Of a stretch of 64,000 nucleotides of DNA, positions 1-12,700 are shown one piece after another. The notes beneath the pieces are model-generated. The model was given only the letters and a program-made list of their open reading frames with translations. It searched no databases and was not told where the DNA came from. Both the position numbers and the translations under genes were made by a program. Numbering within the stretch: the stretch's first letter is position 1; the number at the start of each line of letters is the position of its first letter. This DNA comes from Octopus sinensis (taxonomy: Eukaryota): NCBI RefSeq assembly GCF_006345805.1, contig NC_043020.1:12772001-12836000 (forward strand), in the 5' to 3' direction.

Positions 1-191
1 CAGCCTCCCCTAGTCTGAAGATGGGCTCTGCTGCATACAAACTACCTTTACCAGTAGCTGCCAAATCTCGACTTGACCGGTCTTGGAGTGAATCTGTGAA
101 ATCTGAAAGGATTACTGATTTGTCTGTTCAAGAAATTAAGCGCCAAGAGGTAATCTTCCTGACTACTATTTTTGCCTTTTGTTTATTTTAA

Positions 192-411
192 CCCTTTAGT
201 GTTTAAACTGGCCATATCTGGCCCAAATATTCTACATGTTTTATATTCAAACTGGCGATATCCAGCCTCTTACATCTAACCTACATTAACATTCTAAAAA
301 TAGACAATCACATCATTGAAACCTCAAAGATCTAAGATAATGCTTGATTAATTCAAAACAATTTGAGTGAAAAAGTATTACATTTAACAGAGTAATCTGA
401 ACACCAAAGGG
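192..411 (-). mobile_element. TTAA-flanked about 220-bp MITE (piggyBac-like ends CCCTTTAG...CAAAGGG)
   Basis: TTAA on both sides; related copies at 1697-1917, 4099-4290, 12030-12250, 17812-18549, 21617-21835, 50910-51129 and 56598-56773; strand is relative to the other copies. Confidence 0.8.
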
Positions 412-684
412 TTAAACCATTTATTGAATTTAGTGCATAATGAGGAGATTGTTGTTATTTGTTCCGGGTGCTCAGGTAATTTCACTTTTTACTTTCTACC
501 CTCACCTTCTACCCTACCTCCTCTCTAACCATTCCTACTCCATTCACCACCATATTTGGTAGTTATTTACTGTTTATTTATTAATAATGGCTATGCTCTT
601 CTTCCTTTCATCTCTGCTTGTAGCTCCGTATTTTCAACAGGTCGGATCTTTGTCTGATCGTTTTAATGAACATTGATGTAAATA

Positions 685-861
685 TTTAGTTGTCTGGAAA
701 GTTCGTGCCGATTTATTGTAGCTTACCTTTCGACTTATTTTAGAACATGGTCGAGTCCATAAAATAGGATTTGACTACACCTCCAAGGTGCCGCGCAGTG
801 GGACTGAACCTGGAGCCATGTGGTTTGTAAGCAAGCTACTTACCACACAGCCACTCCGGCA

Positions 862-904
<43 letters not shown>

Positions 905-1687
905 TATATATTATATATATATATTGAAAGAAAGAAAATGGAGAATTATGGATGAATAAATAATTTATTTGTATGATATAAAGATGTTGAAATTCTTTTA
1001 TAAAAACAATACGAATAAATTATGAGTTGTAAGGCTCTGAAAGAAAGGTAAAATGCCAAAAAACCACATATATGTTTTGATTCATTTTCTCCTTATATGA
1101 TAGTAATTAACCAATGGAATGTTTTGGATTATTTAATCCCTAATGTGGAACTAACATCCTCGAATTGACTATATTTATAGTAGCTTACCTTTCGACTTAT
1201 TTTAGAACATGGTTGAGTCCATAAAATAGGATTTTATGAACAGTTTAAGCTATCTTTTCGTGGAAGAAGGTTTATGTTCCTGTAACCTATGTTAATTCTG
1301 TAACCCTTTAAAATGGAAGATAAGAAAGTTCATTTTCGGCACTTCATGCTTTGGGAACAAGACAAAAATTGCTGCAGCTCGGCTGGGATGTGTTACCCCA
1401 CCCTCCATATTCACCAGATATTGCTCCTTCGGATTTCCACTTATTCAGGTCTCTGCAGAATGGTAAAAATTTCAATTCTTTGGATGACATAAAAAGATAC
1501 CTTGATGAATTCTTTGCCATGAAACCACCTCAGTTCTGGGAAGAGGGTATTTTCAAGTTAAAGGAAAGATGGAGATGCATTGTGCAACAAAATGGTTCAT
1601 ATTTGGTTGATTAAAAATGTAATGGCAAGTATTTATTGACCTTTTTCTTTCCTTTGAAAATCGGCACGAACTTTCCGGACAACCCAA
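685..1687 (+). mobile_element. Internally deleted mariner (mellifera-like) element
   Basis: TIRs TTTAGTTGTCTGGAAAGTTCGTGCCGATTT and its near-complement, flanked by TA; N-terminal MEDKKVHFRHFML joined to the C-terminal LGWDVLPHPPYSPDIAPSDFHLFRSLQN (YSPDLAP-type motif). Confidence 0.9.
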
Positions 1688-1696
1688 TATTTTTAA

Positions 1697-1917
1697 CCCT
1701 TTAGTGTTCAGATTAATCTGTTAAATGTAATACTTTTTTCACTCAAATTATTTTCAATTAATCATACATTATCTTACAGCTTTGAAATTTCAATGGTGTG
1801 ATAGTTTATTCTTAGAATGTCAATGTAGGTTAGGTGTGAGAGGCTAAATATGGCCAGTTTGAATGTAAAACATGTAGAATATTTGGGCCGGATATGGCCG
1901 GCTTAAACACCAAAGGG
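1697..1917 (+). mobile_element. TTAA-flanked MITE, same family, opposite orientation to 192-411
   Basis: TTAA|CCCTTTAGTGTTCAGATT...CACCAAAGGG|TTAA. Confidence 0.8.
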
Positions 1918-2376
1918 TTAAATGAAAATTTTACCCCACCAAAAAAAAAAAAATAATAAAAAGTAAAAATAATAAACGTAAACTAAGAACATGTTTTATT
2001 TATTGCCTATTTTTTTAAAGATAAAAATTTACCTCAACAAACAAACTTTATCTGACCCATGCAAACATGGAAAAACGGATGTGAAGCTGATGATGATCAA
2101 CTGCCTCAGCATGCAGACTATTCCGTCACATGTTATGCTTATTCATTCACATTGATTGAATTACTCATGCATTATCTCGTTGCTTTTGATGATGTCATTG
2201 TTTATGCTTTGAACAACATTGTTCGGTAGGTGTGAGAGGCCACATTTGGCCGGTTTGAGAATAAAACAGGCAGAAAGCTTTGGGCTGGATTTGGCCATTT
2301 GAAACACTAAAGGATCTTAAATTCTGTTGTTTCATTCCTCCTGTCCCTGGGTCTGACTTTGTTCCTGTAATATATG

Positions 2377-3071
2377 TTCCTTTACTACCCACAAGGGGCT
2401 AAACACAGAGGGGACTAACAAGGACAGACAAACGGATTAAGTTGTTTACATCTACCCCAGTGCGTAACTGGTACTTAATTTATCGAACTCAGTACATAGC
2501 GGCAGACGAAAAACTGCTAAGTATTTCACCTGGCATACTAATGATTCTGCCAGCTCGTGGCCTTTCTACCTCTTTCTATCTCTATCTCCCTCTTTCTATA
2601 TGTTTCTTTACTACCCACAAGGGGCTAAACACAGAGGGGACAAACAAGGACAGACAAACGGATTAAGTTGTTTACATCTACCCTAGTGCGTAACTGGTAC
2701 TTAATTTATCGAACTCAGTACATAGCGGCAGACGAAAAACCGCTATGTATTTCACCTGGCATACTAATGATTCTGCCAGCTCGTGGCCTTTCTATCTTTC
2801 TATCTCTTTCTATCTCTATCTCTCTATATCCCTCTTTCTATATGTTTCTTTACTACCCACAAGGGGCTAAACACAGAGGGGACAAACAAGGACAGACAAA
2901 CGGATTAAGTTGTTTACATCTACCCCAGTGCGTAACTGGTACTTAATTTATCAACCCTGATAAGATGAAAGGCAAAGTCGACCTCGGCGGAATTTGAACT
3001 CAGAACGTAATGGCAGACGAAATACGGCTACGCATTTCGCCCGGCATGCTAACGTTTCTGCCAGCTCGCCA
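2377..3071 (-). mobile_element. Tandemly triplicated tRNA-SINE (family B, head GGCGAGCTGGCAGAA)
   Basis: 226-bp spacing between units; private variants shared by the units (gttgtttacatcta); A/B-box head at the right end. Confidence 0.8.
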
Positions 3072-3247
3072 GAAAAGGCAGTGCATAGAGTATTTGATAT
3101 GGTTGAATCAATGATCCAAATAAAGAGAAGTGACAAGTACTTGCATCACATCTGATTGGTTGGTATGTAGATTATTAACAGGTGAGTGTGTGTGTGTGTG
3201 TCTAGTAGTGGATATACAACATTTTATGCTAGGCTTTGGCTGTCTAA

Positions 3248-4032
3248 TTACGGAGATGTACTTGCATAGCAAGCGATTTGATCTGAGATCGTGTGCTGAA
3301 ACGAAAACAATTGCAGCGTGGAAGGTGTTTGTAAGACATTTAAGAAACACACAAAAGCCGTTCGATTCACTTCAACATTTAAGTTTAATTTGTCAAAATA
3401 TTTTCGTCGATTTGAGACCGCGACCTGTTCACTGACAAAATTCCATGCTGCATATATATATATATATATTATATATATATATATATACATATACATAAAC
3501 CCAGAGTAACCTGATAAACCAATCTTCCCCAGTAATATATATATATATTACGGAGATGTACTTGCATAGCAAGTGATTTGATCTGAGATCGTGTGCTGAA
3601 ACGAAAACAATTGCAGCGTGGAAGGTGTTTGTAAGCCATTTAAGAAACACACAAAAGCCTTTCGTTTCACTTCAACATTTAAGTTTAATTTGTCAAAATA
3701 TTTTTGTCGCTTTGAGACCGCGACCTGTTCACTGACAAAATTCCATGCTGCATATATATATATATATACATAAACCCAGAGTAACCTGATAAACCAATCT
3801 TCCCCAGTAATATATATATATATATATATATATATATTACGGAGATGTACTTGCATAGCAAGTGATTTGATCTGAGATCGTGTGCTGAAACGAAAACAAT
3901 TGCAGCGTGGAAGGTGTTTGTAAGCCGTTTAAGAAACACACAAAAGCCTTTCGTTTCACTTCAACATTTAAGTTTAATTTGTCAAAATATTTTCGTCGCT
4001 TTAAGACCGCGACCTGTTCACTGACAAAAATC
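3248..4032 (+). repeat. Tandem repeat, 3 copies of about 290-300 bp, unit length set by internal (TA)n
   Basis: Units start at 3248, 3548 and 3837; the core recurs dispersed at 48128-48365. Confidence 0.9.
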
Positions 4033-4361
4033 CGTGCTGCTTTACATTAAATCCTTGACATTCACTATCTTCTAAGACTGTGCTATATCTACAATTAACC
4101 CTTTAACTTTATCAAATGTTATGTTTACTTATCCTCATTATTCATGCATTATTTTATAGAGTTGAGATTTTGATGGGTTTTTTTTAAGAATGACTACATA
4201 GGGTAGGTGTGAGAGGCCAGATCTGGCCAGTTTGAATGTAAAACAGGTAGAATATTTGGGCCAGATACAACCTGTTTAAATGCTAAAGAGTTAAAACATT
4301 CAGCTGATCTCGTTAAACTTTAATTAGAGAGCAACTGACTGGGTATATTTTTGGCATTGAG

Positions 4362-4421
4362 CAGCGGACGCACTGTAGCAGCGGACGCACTGTAGCAGCG
4401 GACGCACTGTAGCAGCGGACC
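4362..4421 (+). repeat. 17-bp minisatellite GCAGCGGACGCACTGTA x3.5
   Basis: direct reading. Confidence 0.9.
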
Positions 4422-4524
4422 GAGATATGAGATGCATTGCTGTACTCGAGAAGCCCACCACAACAGAATTGAGGTCCTAAAACCAAGGTGCCATGTGAAA
4501 AGTATTGGTATTGGTGTGGGTGAT

Positions 4525-5697
4525 GGTGCCACATGAAAAGCACTGGTGCTGGTGCCACGTAAAAAGCACTGCTGGTGCCACATAAAAAGCACTGCTGGTG
4601 CCACATAAAAAGCACTGCTGGTGCCACATAAAAAGCACTGCTGGTGCCACATAAAAAGCACTGCTGATGCCACGTAAAAAGCACTGCTGGTGCCACATAA
4701 AAAGCACTGCTGGTGCCACATAAAAAGCACTGCTGATGCCACGTAAAAAGCACTGCTGGTGCCACATAAAAAGCACTGCTGGTGCCACATAAAAAGCACT
4801 GCTGATGCCACGTAAAAAGCACTGCTGGTGCCACATGAAAAGCACTGCTGGTGCCACATAAAAAGCACAGCTGGTGCCGCGTGAAAAGCACTGCTGGTTC
4901 CACATGAAAAGCACTGCTGGTGCCACGTAAAAAGCACTGCTGGTGCCACGTAAAAAGCACTGCTGGTGCCACATGAAAAGCACTGCTAGTGCCATGTAAA
5001 AAGCACTGCTAGTGCCACGTAAAAAGCACTGCTAGTGCCACGTAAAAAGCACTGCTGGTGCCACATGACAAGCACTGCTGGTGCCACATAAAAAGCACTG
5101 CTGGTGCCACATAAAAAGCACTGCTAGTGCCACGTAAAAAGCACTGCTAGTGCCACGTAAAAAGCACTGCTGGTGCCACATAAAAAGCACTGCTGATGCC
5201 ACGTAAAAAGCACTGCTGGTGCCACGTAAAAAGCACTGCTGGTGCCACATGAAAAGCACTGCTGGTGCCACATGAAAAGCACTGCTGGTTCCACATGAAA
5301 AGCACTGCTGGTTCCACATGAAAAGCACTGCTGGTTCCACATGAAAAGCACTGCTGGTTCCACATGAAAAGCACTGCTGGTTCCACATGAAAAGCACTGC
5401 TGGTTCCACATGAAAAGCACTGCTGGTTCCACATGAAAAGCACTGCTGGTTCCACATGAAAAGCACTGCTGGTTCCACATGAAAAGCACTGCTGGTTCCA
5501 CATGAAAAGCACTGCTGGTTCCACATGAAAAGCACTGCTGGTTCCACATGAAAAGCACTGCTGGTTCCACATGAAAAGCACTGCTGGTGCCACATGAAAA
5601 GCACTGCTGGTGCCGCATGAAAAGCATTGCTGGTGCCACGTAAAAAGCACTGCTGGTGCCACATAAAAAGCACTGCTGATGCCACGTAAAAAGCACC
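4525..5697 (+). repeat. 23-bp minisatellite GTGCCACRTRAAAAGCACTGCTG, about 51 copies
   Basis: 1173 bp / 23; the 23-aa periodicity of the overlapping ORFs equals three units. Confidence 0.97.
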
Positions 5698-5766
5698 CAG
5701 TACACTGTGGGGTGATTGGCATTAGGGAGGACATCAAGCTGTAGAAACCAGGCCAAAACAGATTAA

Positions 5767-5996
5767 CCCCTTACCCAACAATTATTTTGAAAATAAATGT
5801 ATTTTTTCAGACATATTTTTTAATTGTATAAAGTGAGCGAATATACTCGTATATTTCAAAAAAGAGTTTATAATAGACGAAGGAACTTGTTTGCTGTCGA
5901 TTTTGGCGAGTCTATCTTTTGACGAGTTAACTCGCCAGAGATAGAAAAAAACGATTTCGGTCAAAACGCATATATTCATTTCTGCCGGGTAAGGGG
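5767..5996. mobile_element. TTAA-flanked MITE with CCCCTTACCC termini (second family)
   Basis: TTAA|CCCCTTACCC...GGGTAAGGGG|TTAA, interrupting the RTE tail. Confidence 0.8.
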
Positions 5997-6273
5997 TTAA
6001 GGAACCTAGTGTGGCTCCTGGCCTTATCAGTCCTTGTCAAGCTGTCCAACCCATGCAAGCATGGAAATCCAACGTTAAATGTTGATGATGATAAGAGTGG
6101 TGATCTTGTCAATAATGCTTGCCAATGGACATTTTGGCCTCTTTTGAATGTTTCCTTATTGTTTCTTGAATTTTGGTTATTTATTGTAAATTAACATTTT
6201 TTTTTTATTATTTAAAACTTTTTTTAAATGTGTAATAAGAAATAAGGCCTAGGTAAGGGAGAGATGAGTAGAT

Positions 6274-6471
6274 CAGTGGTTCCCAAACTTTTTAGAGTCG
6301 TGACCCACTATTTATCACACCAGTTTATGACGACCCACTTATTAGTCTTGAACTATCTCGATAGACAGCAGTTAATCAAAGCTAATGCGTAATTTAACAA
6401 CTTTTTGCGACCCACTAAGATTCCGTTCACAACCCATCTGTGGGCCGCAACTCATAGTTTGGGAACCACTG
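6274..6471. mobile_element. hAT-type MITE
   Basis: TIR CAGTGGTTCCCAAACT / AGTTTGGGAACCACTG; 8-bp TSD gagtagat/gtgtagat with one mismatch. Confidence 0.85.
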
Positions 6472-7007
6472 GTGTAGATGATATGGAAAGAGGGACTTGG
6501 TTTGAAGAAAGAGAGAGAGAGAGAGAGCCAGCTCCATTTATGTTACATTCTCCTTGGAGTTCTGAGTTCCAATTCCACTGTAGTCAAATGCTAGTGTTGA
6601 TCAAATGGACCGAATCCTTCTTGAAGGATTTGACTGGGCGAGTAAGGTGGATCTGGGCTCAATCTCACTGTGCGGCCCCTTTTGACCTCATTGCCTTGTG
6701 AAGAGGATTTGGTAAACACAAACTGGGCAACAGTTCATCTCTTTCTTTCTTTCTTTCTCTCTCATTCTTTCTCTCTCTCTCTGCTCTTCCTCTACTCTTT
6801 CTCTCTCTGCTCCCTTCCCCTCCGTCTCTCTCTCTCTCTCTCTCTCTCTCAGCCCACCCAAGCTCATGTTTTCTATGACTGTATCCTCAACTCATCTATA
6901 GTCAGCATAGGATAAAGGACAGGTGTAAAAAAATAGTTTTCTGAATGGAGTCTCTTGCATCCGGTCATCTTCGACTGTCCCTTGTCACACTTGTCATCAG
7001 AAATCCA

Positions 7008-7069
<62 letters not shown>

Positions 7070-7479
7070 CTTCCATATGCTTTCCCTTTGCCTCCTTCCT
7101 TCTACCCATCTTTCGTAATTCTTCTTTCTCATCTATTCTCATTCCTTTAATCAATACACCTTTCTCTCCCTCCCTCCCCCCTCTCTCTCGTGTTTACCTT
7201 TATTCATCAATCTATATAGCTATATACTACCTGCCTACCTACCTGACTAGCTACAGTATATGCCTGTCTGTCAGTCCATAAAATCAGTTTATTTACTTCT
7301 TATGTAAGTATTGATAGCCCCCCCCCATCCCCACCCCGTTCTCTTTGTCTCCACATAGCAGTTTTTATCTAGTTCTCTATCTCAACAACTATTGGTACAT
7401 TGTCGATAATGTCAATATGTTCATTGTACTTCATGCTGTTGTCATTCCTATCTTCCTTGCAACTTCAACACTGCCCATC

Positions 7480-7516
<37 letters not shown>

Positions 7517-7564
7517 CTTTTACCCTTTAGAATTCAAATTATTTTGTCAAGTGTAATACTCTTC

Positions 7565-7972
7565 ACTCTTTTACTCTTTTACTTGTTTCAGTCATTTGAC
7601 TGCGGCCATGCTGGAGCACCGCCTTTAGTCGAGAAAATCGACCCCGGGACTTATTCATTGTAAGCCCAGTACTTATTCTATCGGTCTCTTTTGCCGAACC
7701 GCTAAGTGACGGGGACGTATACACACCAGCATCGGCTGTCAAGCAATGCTAGGGAGACAAACACAGACACGCAAACACATACACACACATATATATATAT
7801 ATACATATATACGACAGGCTTCTTTCAGTTTCCGTCTACCAAATCCACTCACAAGGCATTGGTCGGCCCGGGGCTATAGCAGAAGAGACTTGCCCAAGGT
7901 GCCACGCAGTGGGACTGAACCCGGAACCATGTGGTTGGTTAGCAAGCTACTTACCACACAGCCACTCCTGCG
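7565..7972 (-). mobile_element. tRNA-derived SINE family A (head GGAGTGGCTGTGTGGTAAG, CORE-like caccttgggcaag, AAGAGT tail)
   Basis: More than 12 full or partial copies, e.g. 17318-17746 (+), 18024-18527 (-), 22065-22415 (-), 32750-33125 (-), 33255-33655 (+), 40825-41190 (+), 49738-50155 (-), 53645-54040 (-), 58355-58810 (-); resembles the octopus OR-type SINEs, family name not verified. Confidence 0.88.
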
Positions 7973-8274
7973 CTGCTTAATTCTTCATCATCATCGTCGT
8001 CGTTTAATGTCTGCTTTCCATGCTAGCATGGGTTGGATGATTTGACTGAGGACTGGTGAACCAGATGGCTGCACCAGGCTTCAAACTGATTATGGTTCCT
8101 GTCAGCACATATGTACAGTTATGTGCTTTGACTGCGGTAGTGTTCAGCTCCAATTTCTAGCAATATTGGTGTTTCTAACACCCTCAGTCATTTATAATGA
8201 CGGTTATAGTTTTCCTTTTTGGTACACATTTCTTACTGCTACCTATAGTAATAATATATATATATATATATATG

Positions 8275-8580
8275 GGGGCGCAATGGCCTAGTGGTTAGGG
8301 CAGCGAACTCGCGGTCGTAGGATCGCGGTTTCGATTCCCAAACCGGGCGTTGTGAGTGTTTATTGAGCGAAAACACCTAAAAGCTCCACGAGGCTCCGGC
8401 AGTGGGTGGTGGCAATCCCTGCTGTACTCTTTCACCACTTGTTCTCCCACTCTTTCTTCTGTTGGCCTGCCCGCTTAGCCAGCGGGGTGGCGTCATTTGT
8501 ATGCTAAAACAATGCAAACGCATTGTGACCAGCAATGTGTAACAACATCTGATGGTCTGGTCGGTCACGTGATCACGTGA
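8275..8580 (+). mobile_element. tRNA-derived SINE family C, copy with tail type 1
   Basis: Head GGGGCGCAATGGCCTAGTGGTTAGGGCAGCG...GGTTTCGATTCCC carries A and B boxes; first about 170 nt shared with 12522-12908. Confidence 0.8.
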
Positions 8581-9159
8581 TATATATATATATGTATATA
8601 TATATAATCATCATCATCGTATAACGTCCACTTTCCATGCTAGCATGGGTTGGACGATTTGACTGAGGACTGGCGAATCAGAAGGCTGCACCAGCCTCCA
8701 ATCTGATCTGGCAGAGGTTCTACAACTGGATGCCCTTCCTAATACCAACCACTGTGAGAGTGTAGCGGGTGCTTTTACGTGCCACCAGTACGAGGGCCAG
8801 TGAGGCGGTACTGGCAATGGCCACGTTTCTTTTGAATTAATCATTCGTTATCCTAACTTTAAGATTTCAGTGATGGCAGGAAGGGCAGAGTGATTGAAGA
8901 TGTTAATGATGTGGGGTTGTTTAGTTGTGAAGCACATTGGTTAACTTGTTTGCCATATCCGGCCAAAATATTCTACTTGCTTTATGTTCAAACCAGCCAG
9001 GTCCTACCTCTTACACCAACCCTACAATGTCATTCTAAAAATATACAATCACATCATTGAAATCTGAAAGCTACAAGATAAAACATGGTTAATTCCAAAT
9101 GATGTGGATAAATGGGTATTAAATTTGAGAGTAATTTGAATGCTAAAGAGTTGATGGTA

Positions 9160-9485
9160 ACGGGACCATTGTGAAGGTCAGTAGCCTTAATGGTTTGAAG
9201 AGACCAGAGATGTTTTCGCACTTGGCATGTGTGGGATGTTGGAGAGCCTGGTGGATGGAAAGAGAAAGTTCTGGAGGTGATTGCAAAGTAGGCAGCAAAA
9301 GGAAACGTTTTCTCCGTAGCAGTCCTGCTTACAGGGGGTACTGGTTGGGAAGTAAGGATAAGGGTACCGCAGAGTTGTTAGTGATTCTTTTGGCAAGGAA
9401 CCAAAACAACCAACTGCAGTTTGGGAGACAAGAATATGACAGAGGAATTGGTAGAAATGCTTCGGTGCTTGCATCTGTGATATGA
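9160..9485 (-). pseudogene. Degraded non-LTR retrotransposon ORF2 relic (Jockey/CR1-like)
   Basis: Minus-strand FWFLAKRITNNSAVPLSL resembles the FWxLxKxI...IPxL segment of LINE ORF2; stops present. Confidence 0.4.
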
Positions 9486-9660
9486 CCGTTGTTCTCCCTT
9501 TCTCTCTTTGTCTCTCCTCTTTTCCTCCTACTCTCCTCGATGCCCCCCCTTCCTCTCCCCCCTCTCATTTTTATGTCTCAAACACATGGGAATGTTTTTG
9601 AATTATTTTTTTTTATCTTTTCTTTTCACTCTTTGTAATTCTAAATGTTTGCATCTCCAG

Positions 9661-9723
9661 GCTATTTTTGAGCTTTACCAAGGAGAACTGGATCTAATAC
9701 AAGATCTTGGAGTAGTAAAAACG
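9661..9723 (+). CDS. NET1: RhoGEF exon: start of DH domain, AIFELYQGELDLIQDLGVVKT
   Basis: ctccag acceptor, gtaagt donor, 63 nt, phase 0-0. Confidence 0.92.
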
Positions 9724-12700
9724 GTAAGTCTTTATTAACCATTTCTTGCTTTTATTTTCTTTTCTTTCCTCATTCACAGAAATCTAAACTTAACTACAAG
9801 ACTTACAAGAATGGTTAAAAAAGCCCCAGCATGGCCACAGCTCGTGAACTGAAACTAGATAAAATTTTTTAAAAAAATAAATAAAATAAAATAAATAAAA
9901 ATAGCAACCAAAATCAATATTTGATGCTGAAAATGTTACCAAATGGTGGGTGTGGTCTTGTACTTGGTGCCATGCTGGAGCATACTCATTAGTGATTATT
10001 TCAGCTTCAATAAATCCTGTTTCCCTCGAGTACTGTTGTATACTGTTGTTGATACACATGAGGTGGCAGTTGTTGATGTAGACATCGTTATTTTTTAAAA
10101 TTCTATGTAATTTTTGGTCAGTTCTAATCTGCATAAATACAACTGATTAACCCTTTCGTTACCAACCCGGCTGAAACCGGCTCTGGCTCTGGATACAAAT
10201 GTCTTATTTTCATAAGTTTTGAATAAAAATCTTCCACCAAACCTTAGTCATAATTTATGTTCCTAACACTAGCTGAATGATAACTAAATTATTTTACTAA
10301 ATTCTTTGTTATATTTAAAGTAATTGAAAGAAACACAGAGCCTCTCAAAATAAATACAGTAACAAAAGGGTTAAAGAATTGTTTTACCCAGTGTGAACCC
10401 TTTTGTTTATTGTGGGACTTTTCTTCTCTCTCATGTAAAATCCATCTTCTAATTCCCCTCTTCACTAGTTTACACTCATAATTTCCCTACAATCTCCCTC
10501 TCTTGTTTAATCCAGTTCACCTTTTTTCATATTTATTTCCTTCATTTCCAGACCTACCATGATTCTATGAAAAAATTACATTTATTAAGTAATGAGGAGT
10601 TACAAAAAATATTTGGATTTCTGGACTCTCTGATACCAATCCACCAAGGTAAGGAATCTTGTATCATATTCATTTTTTTTTTCATGTTTAGAAATAGTCT
10701 GGTTTGTCAGAAAAAAACCATTGCTGTCTACCAGATTATTCTTGAGGTGGTGAGGTACAACAAGAACATTTGTGCGTATAGACCTTAACGCAGCACTTGG
10801 ATTTACACTCGTGTTACCATATTCCTGTTGAGATATGCAAACCTTGTTTCAATTAATTTTTACCTTTTTCCCTGCCTGAAACATTTTCATAAGTTTGTCC
10901 CAAGAGCCCGTGCTTGTTTTCAGGCTTTTAACTCTTGTTTCATACGTCTGAGTAGTATAAAGTTTTCTTTTCATAAGTCTCGAGTTACTCTGGTGGTTGA
11001 AAAAAAATTGAAATATGTATCATATATGATTCATGGATGTGAAGTGTATCGTGTGTGAACATTGTGTGTGAACGTCGTGTGTGAACATTGTGTGTGAACA
11101 TTGTGTGTGAACATTGTGTGTGAATATCGTGTGTGAACATTGTGCGTGAACGTCGCATGTGAACGTCGCATGTGAACGTCGTGTGTGAACATCGTGCGTG
11201 AACATCGTGCGTGAACATTGTGCGTGAACATCGTGCGTGATTAGAACAGGAAGTTTGTGTCATAGGGTCAAGGACAGTCTTGTTCAGGTTGGTACCAAAA
11301 GGTTTAACACCATCTCAATACCTTGGCTACTTGAACAGAATTCATTTCATCACAAGCAATCTAACCTAACTGGCTCTATATTGTCCTACAGATATTCAGC
11401 ACTGCAGGAGATACACACCAAGAAGTAGTGTAGCTTAGGGAACTCAATCATGAAATCAGTTGTGTTGTCTTATTCATCGGTCGTTTGGAGCTCATATTGC
11501 ACTGTAGTTCCAATATCTGCCGTTAGGTGTCGTTCTCACTCGTGATTCCTGCTTTGAATTCAGATTTTTTTACATCTGTTTATTTGCTACTTTCTCATTC
11601 TCTTTATTTTTTTTCCACCCCATGGCTTCTCAGAAAATTCATAGTGAATGTGCTAGGCATCATGCTATAACGCTAGAAGATAAACTGGCTATGATAAACT
11701 GCCATGTAAAAGGTGAAAAAGTGGTAGCAATTGCACAATCTTTTGGGATGAGTCGGACAACTGTATCGATAATTGTACATAATGACAAGATTTTAGCACA
11801 TATCAAATCTGAAGACCACTGTCATCAATTAGAAAAGAGACAAAATCTTTGAAGAAATGGAAAATCTTCTTTCTCTTTGGATTGTTAGGTTGAATCGTCA
11901 GCGTGCTACTATTAGTCAAAAAATCATTCAAGAGAAAGTGTTGACTTTGTTTGAGGACCTGAAGAAAAAATATCCAGACGAGAAAGATGTAGAGTTCAAG
12001 GCAAGTCAAGGATGGTTCATGAGATTTAACCCTTTAGTGTTCACATTATTCTGCCAAAATTAATGCTTCTTCATCCAAATTGTTTTGAACTAATCATGAA
12101 TTATCTTGGTGCTATGAGATTTTGATGAGGTAGCTGTTAATTTTTAAAACGATATTGTAGGGCTGGTGTAAGAGACCAGATCTGGCCAGTCTGAACATAA
12201 AACAGGCAGAATACTTTTGGCCGGATATGGCCGGTTTAAATGCTAAAGGGTTAAGGAGCGAAGAAGTTATCGCTCCATTAAGAAGCAAGGTGAAAGTGCA
12301 TCAGCTGATGAACAAGCAGCAGCGGAATTTCTTAATGCATTAAAGAAAATCATCAAAGAAAATAGGTTTCTTCCCGAACAGATTTTTAATGTAGATGAAA
12401 CTGGATTGTATTGGTAAAAATTACCAGACTGTTCATTCATTTCCAAGGAGGAGAAAACTATTTAGGCTACAAGGTCTCAAAAAAAATGTGTGGCCATTAT
12501 GTTGAGAGGTAATTGTGCAGGGTGGAGGCGCAATGGCCCAGTGGTTAGGGCAGCGGACTCGCGGTCATAGGATCGCGGTTTCGATTCCCAGACCGGGCGT
12601 TGTGAGTGTTTATTGAGCGAAAACACCTAAAGCTCCACAAGGCTCCGGCAGGGGATGGTGGTGATCCCTGCTGTACTCTTTCACCACAACTTTCTCTCAC

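Larger units (their letters stand above)
4300..5762 (+). mobile_element. 3' end of an RTE-clade LINE (ORF2 C-terminal relic plus 3' tail) carrying tandem expansions
   Basis: Relic ...DLVKL...AADRDMRCIAVLEKP resembles the RTE ORF2 end (DRxxWR); tail aagcacccagtacact...ctgtagaaac is shared with many copies in the window. Confidence 0.65.

Noticed and set aside
4313-5756. About 200-aa minus-strand ORFs with 23-aa periodicity
   Set aside because: Direct translation of the 23-bp minisatellite in all three frames.
1-9660. Search for upstream RhoGEF exons (expected to end near ...RQE in phase 0)
   Set aside because: No candidate with both splice sites and NET1-like sequence was found by eye; they are probably upstream of the window or too diverged.
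12522-12600. tRNA-like sequences (also at 8275, 20475 and the heads of SINE families A and B)
   Set aside because: They have A/B boxes but run into SINE bodies, with TSDs where visible and no complete acceptor stem; these are SINE heads, not tRNA genes.
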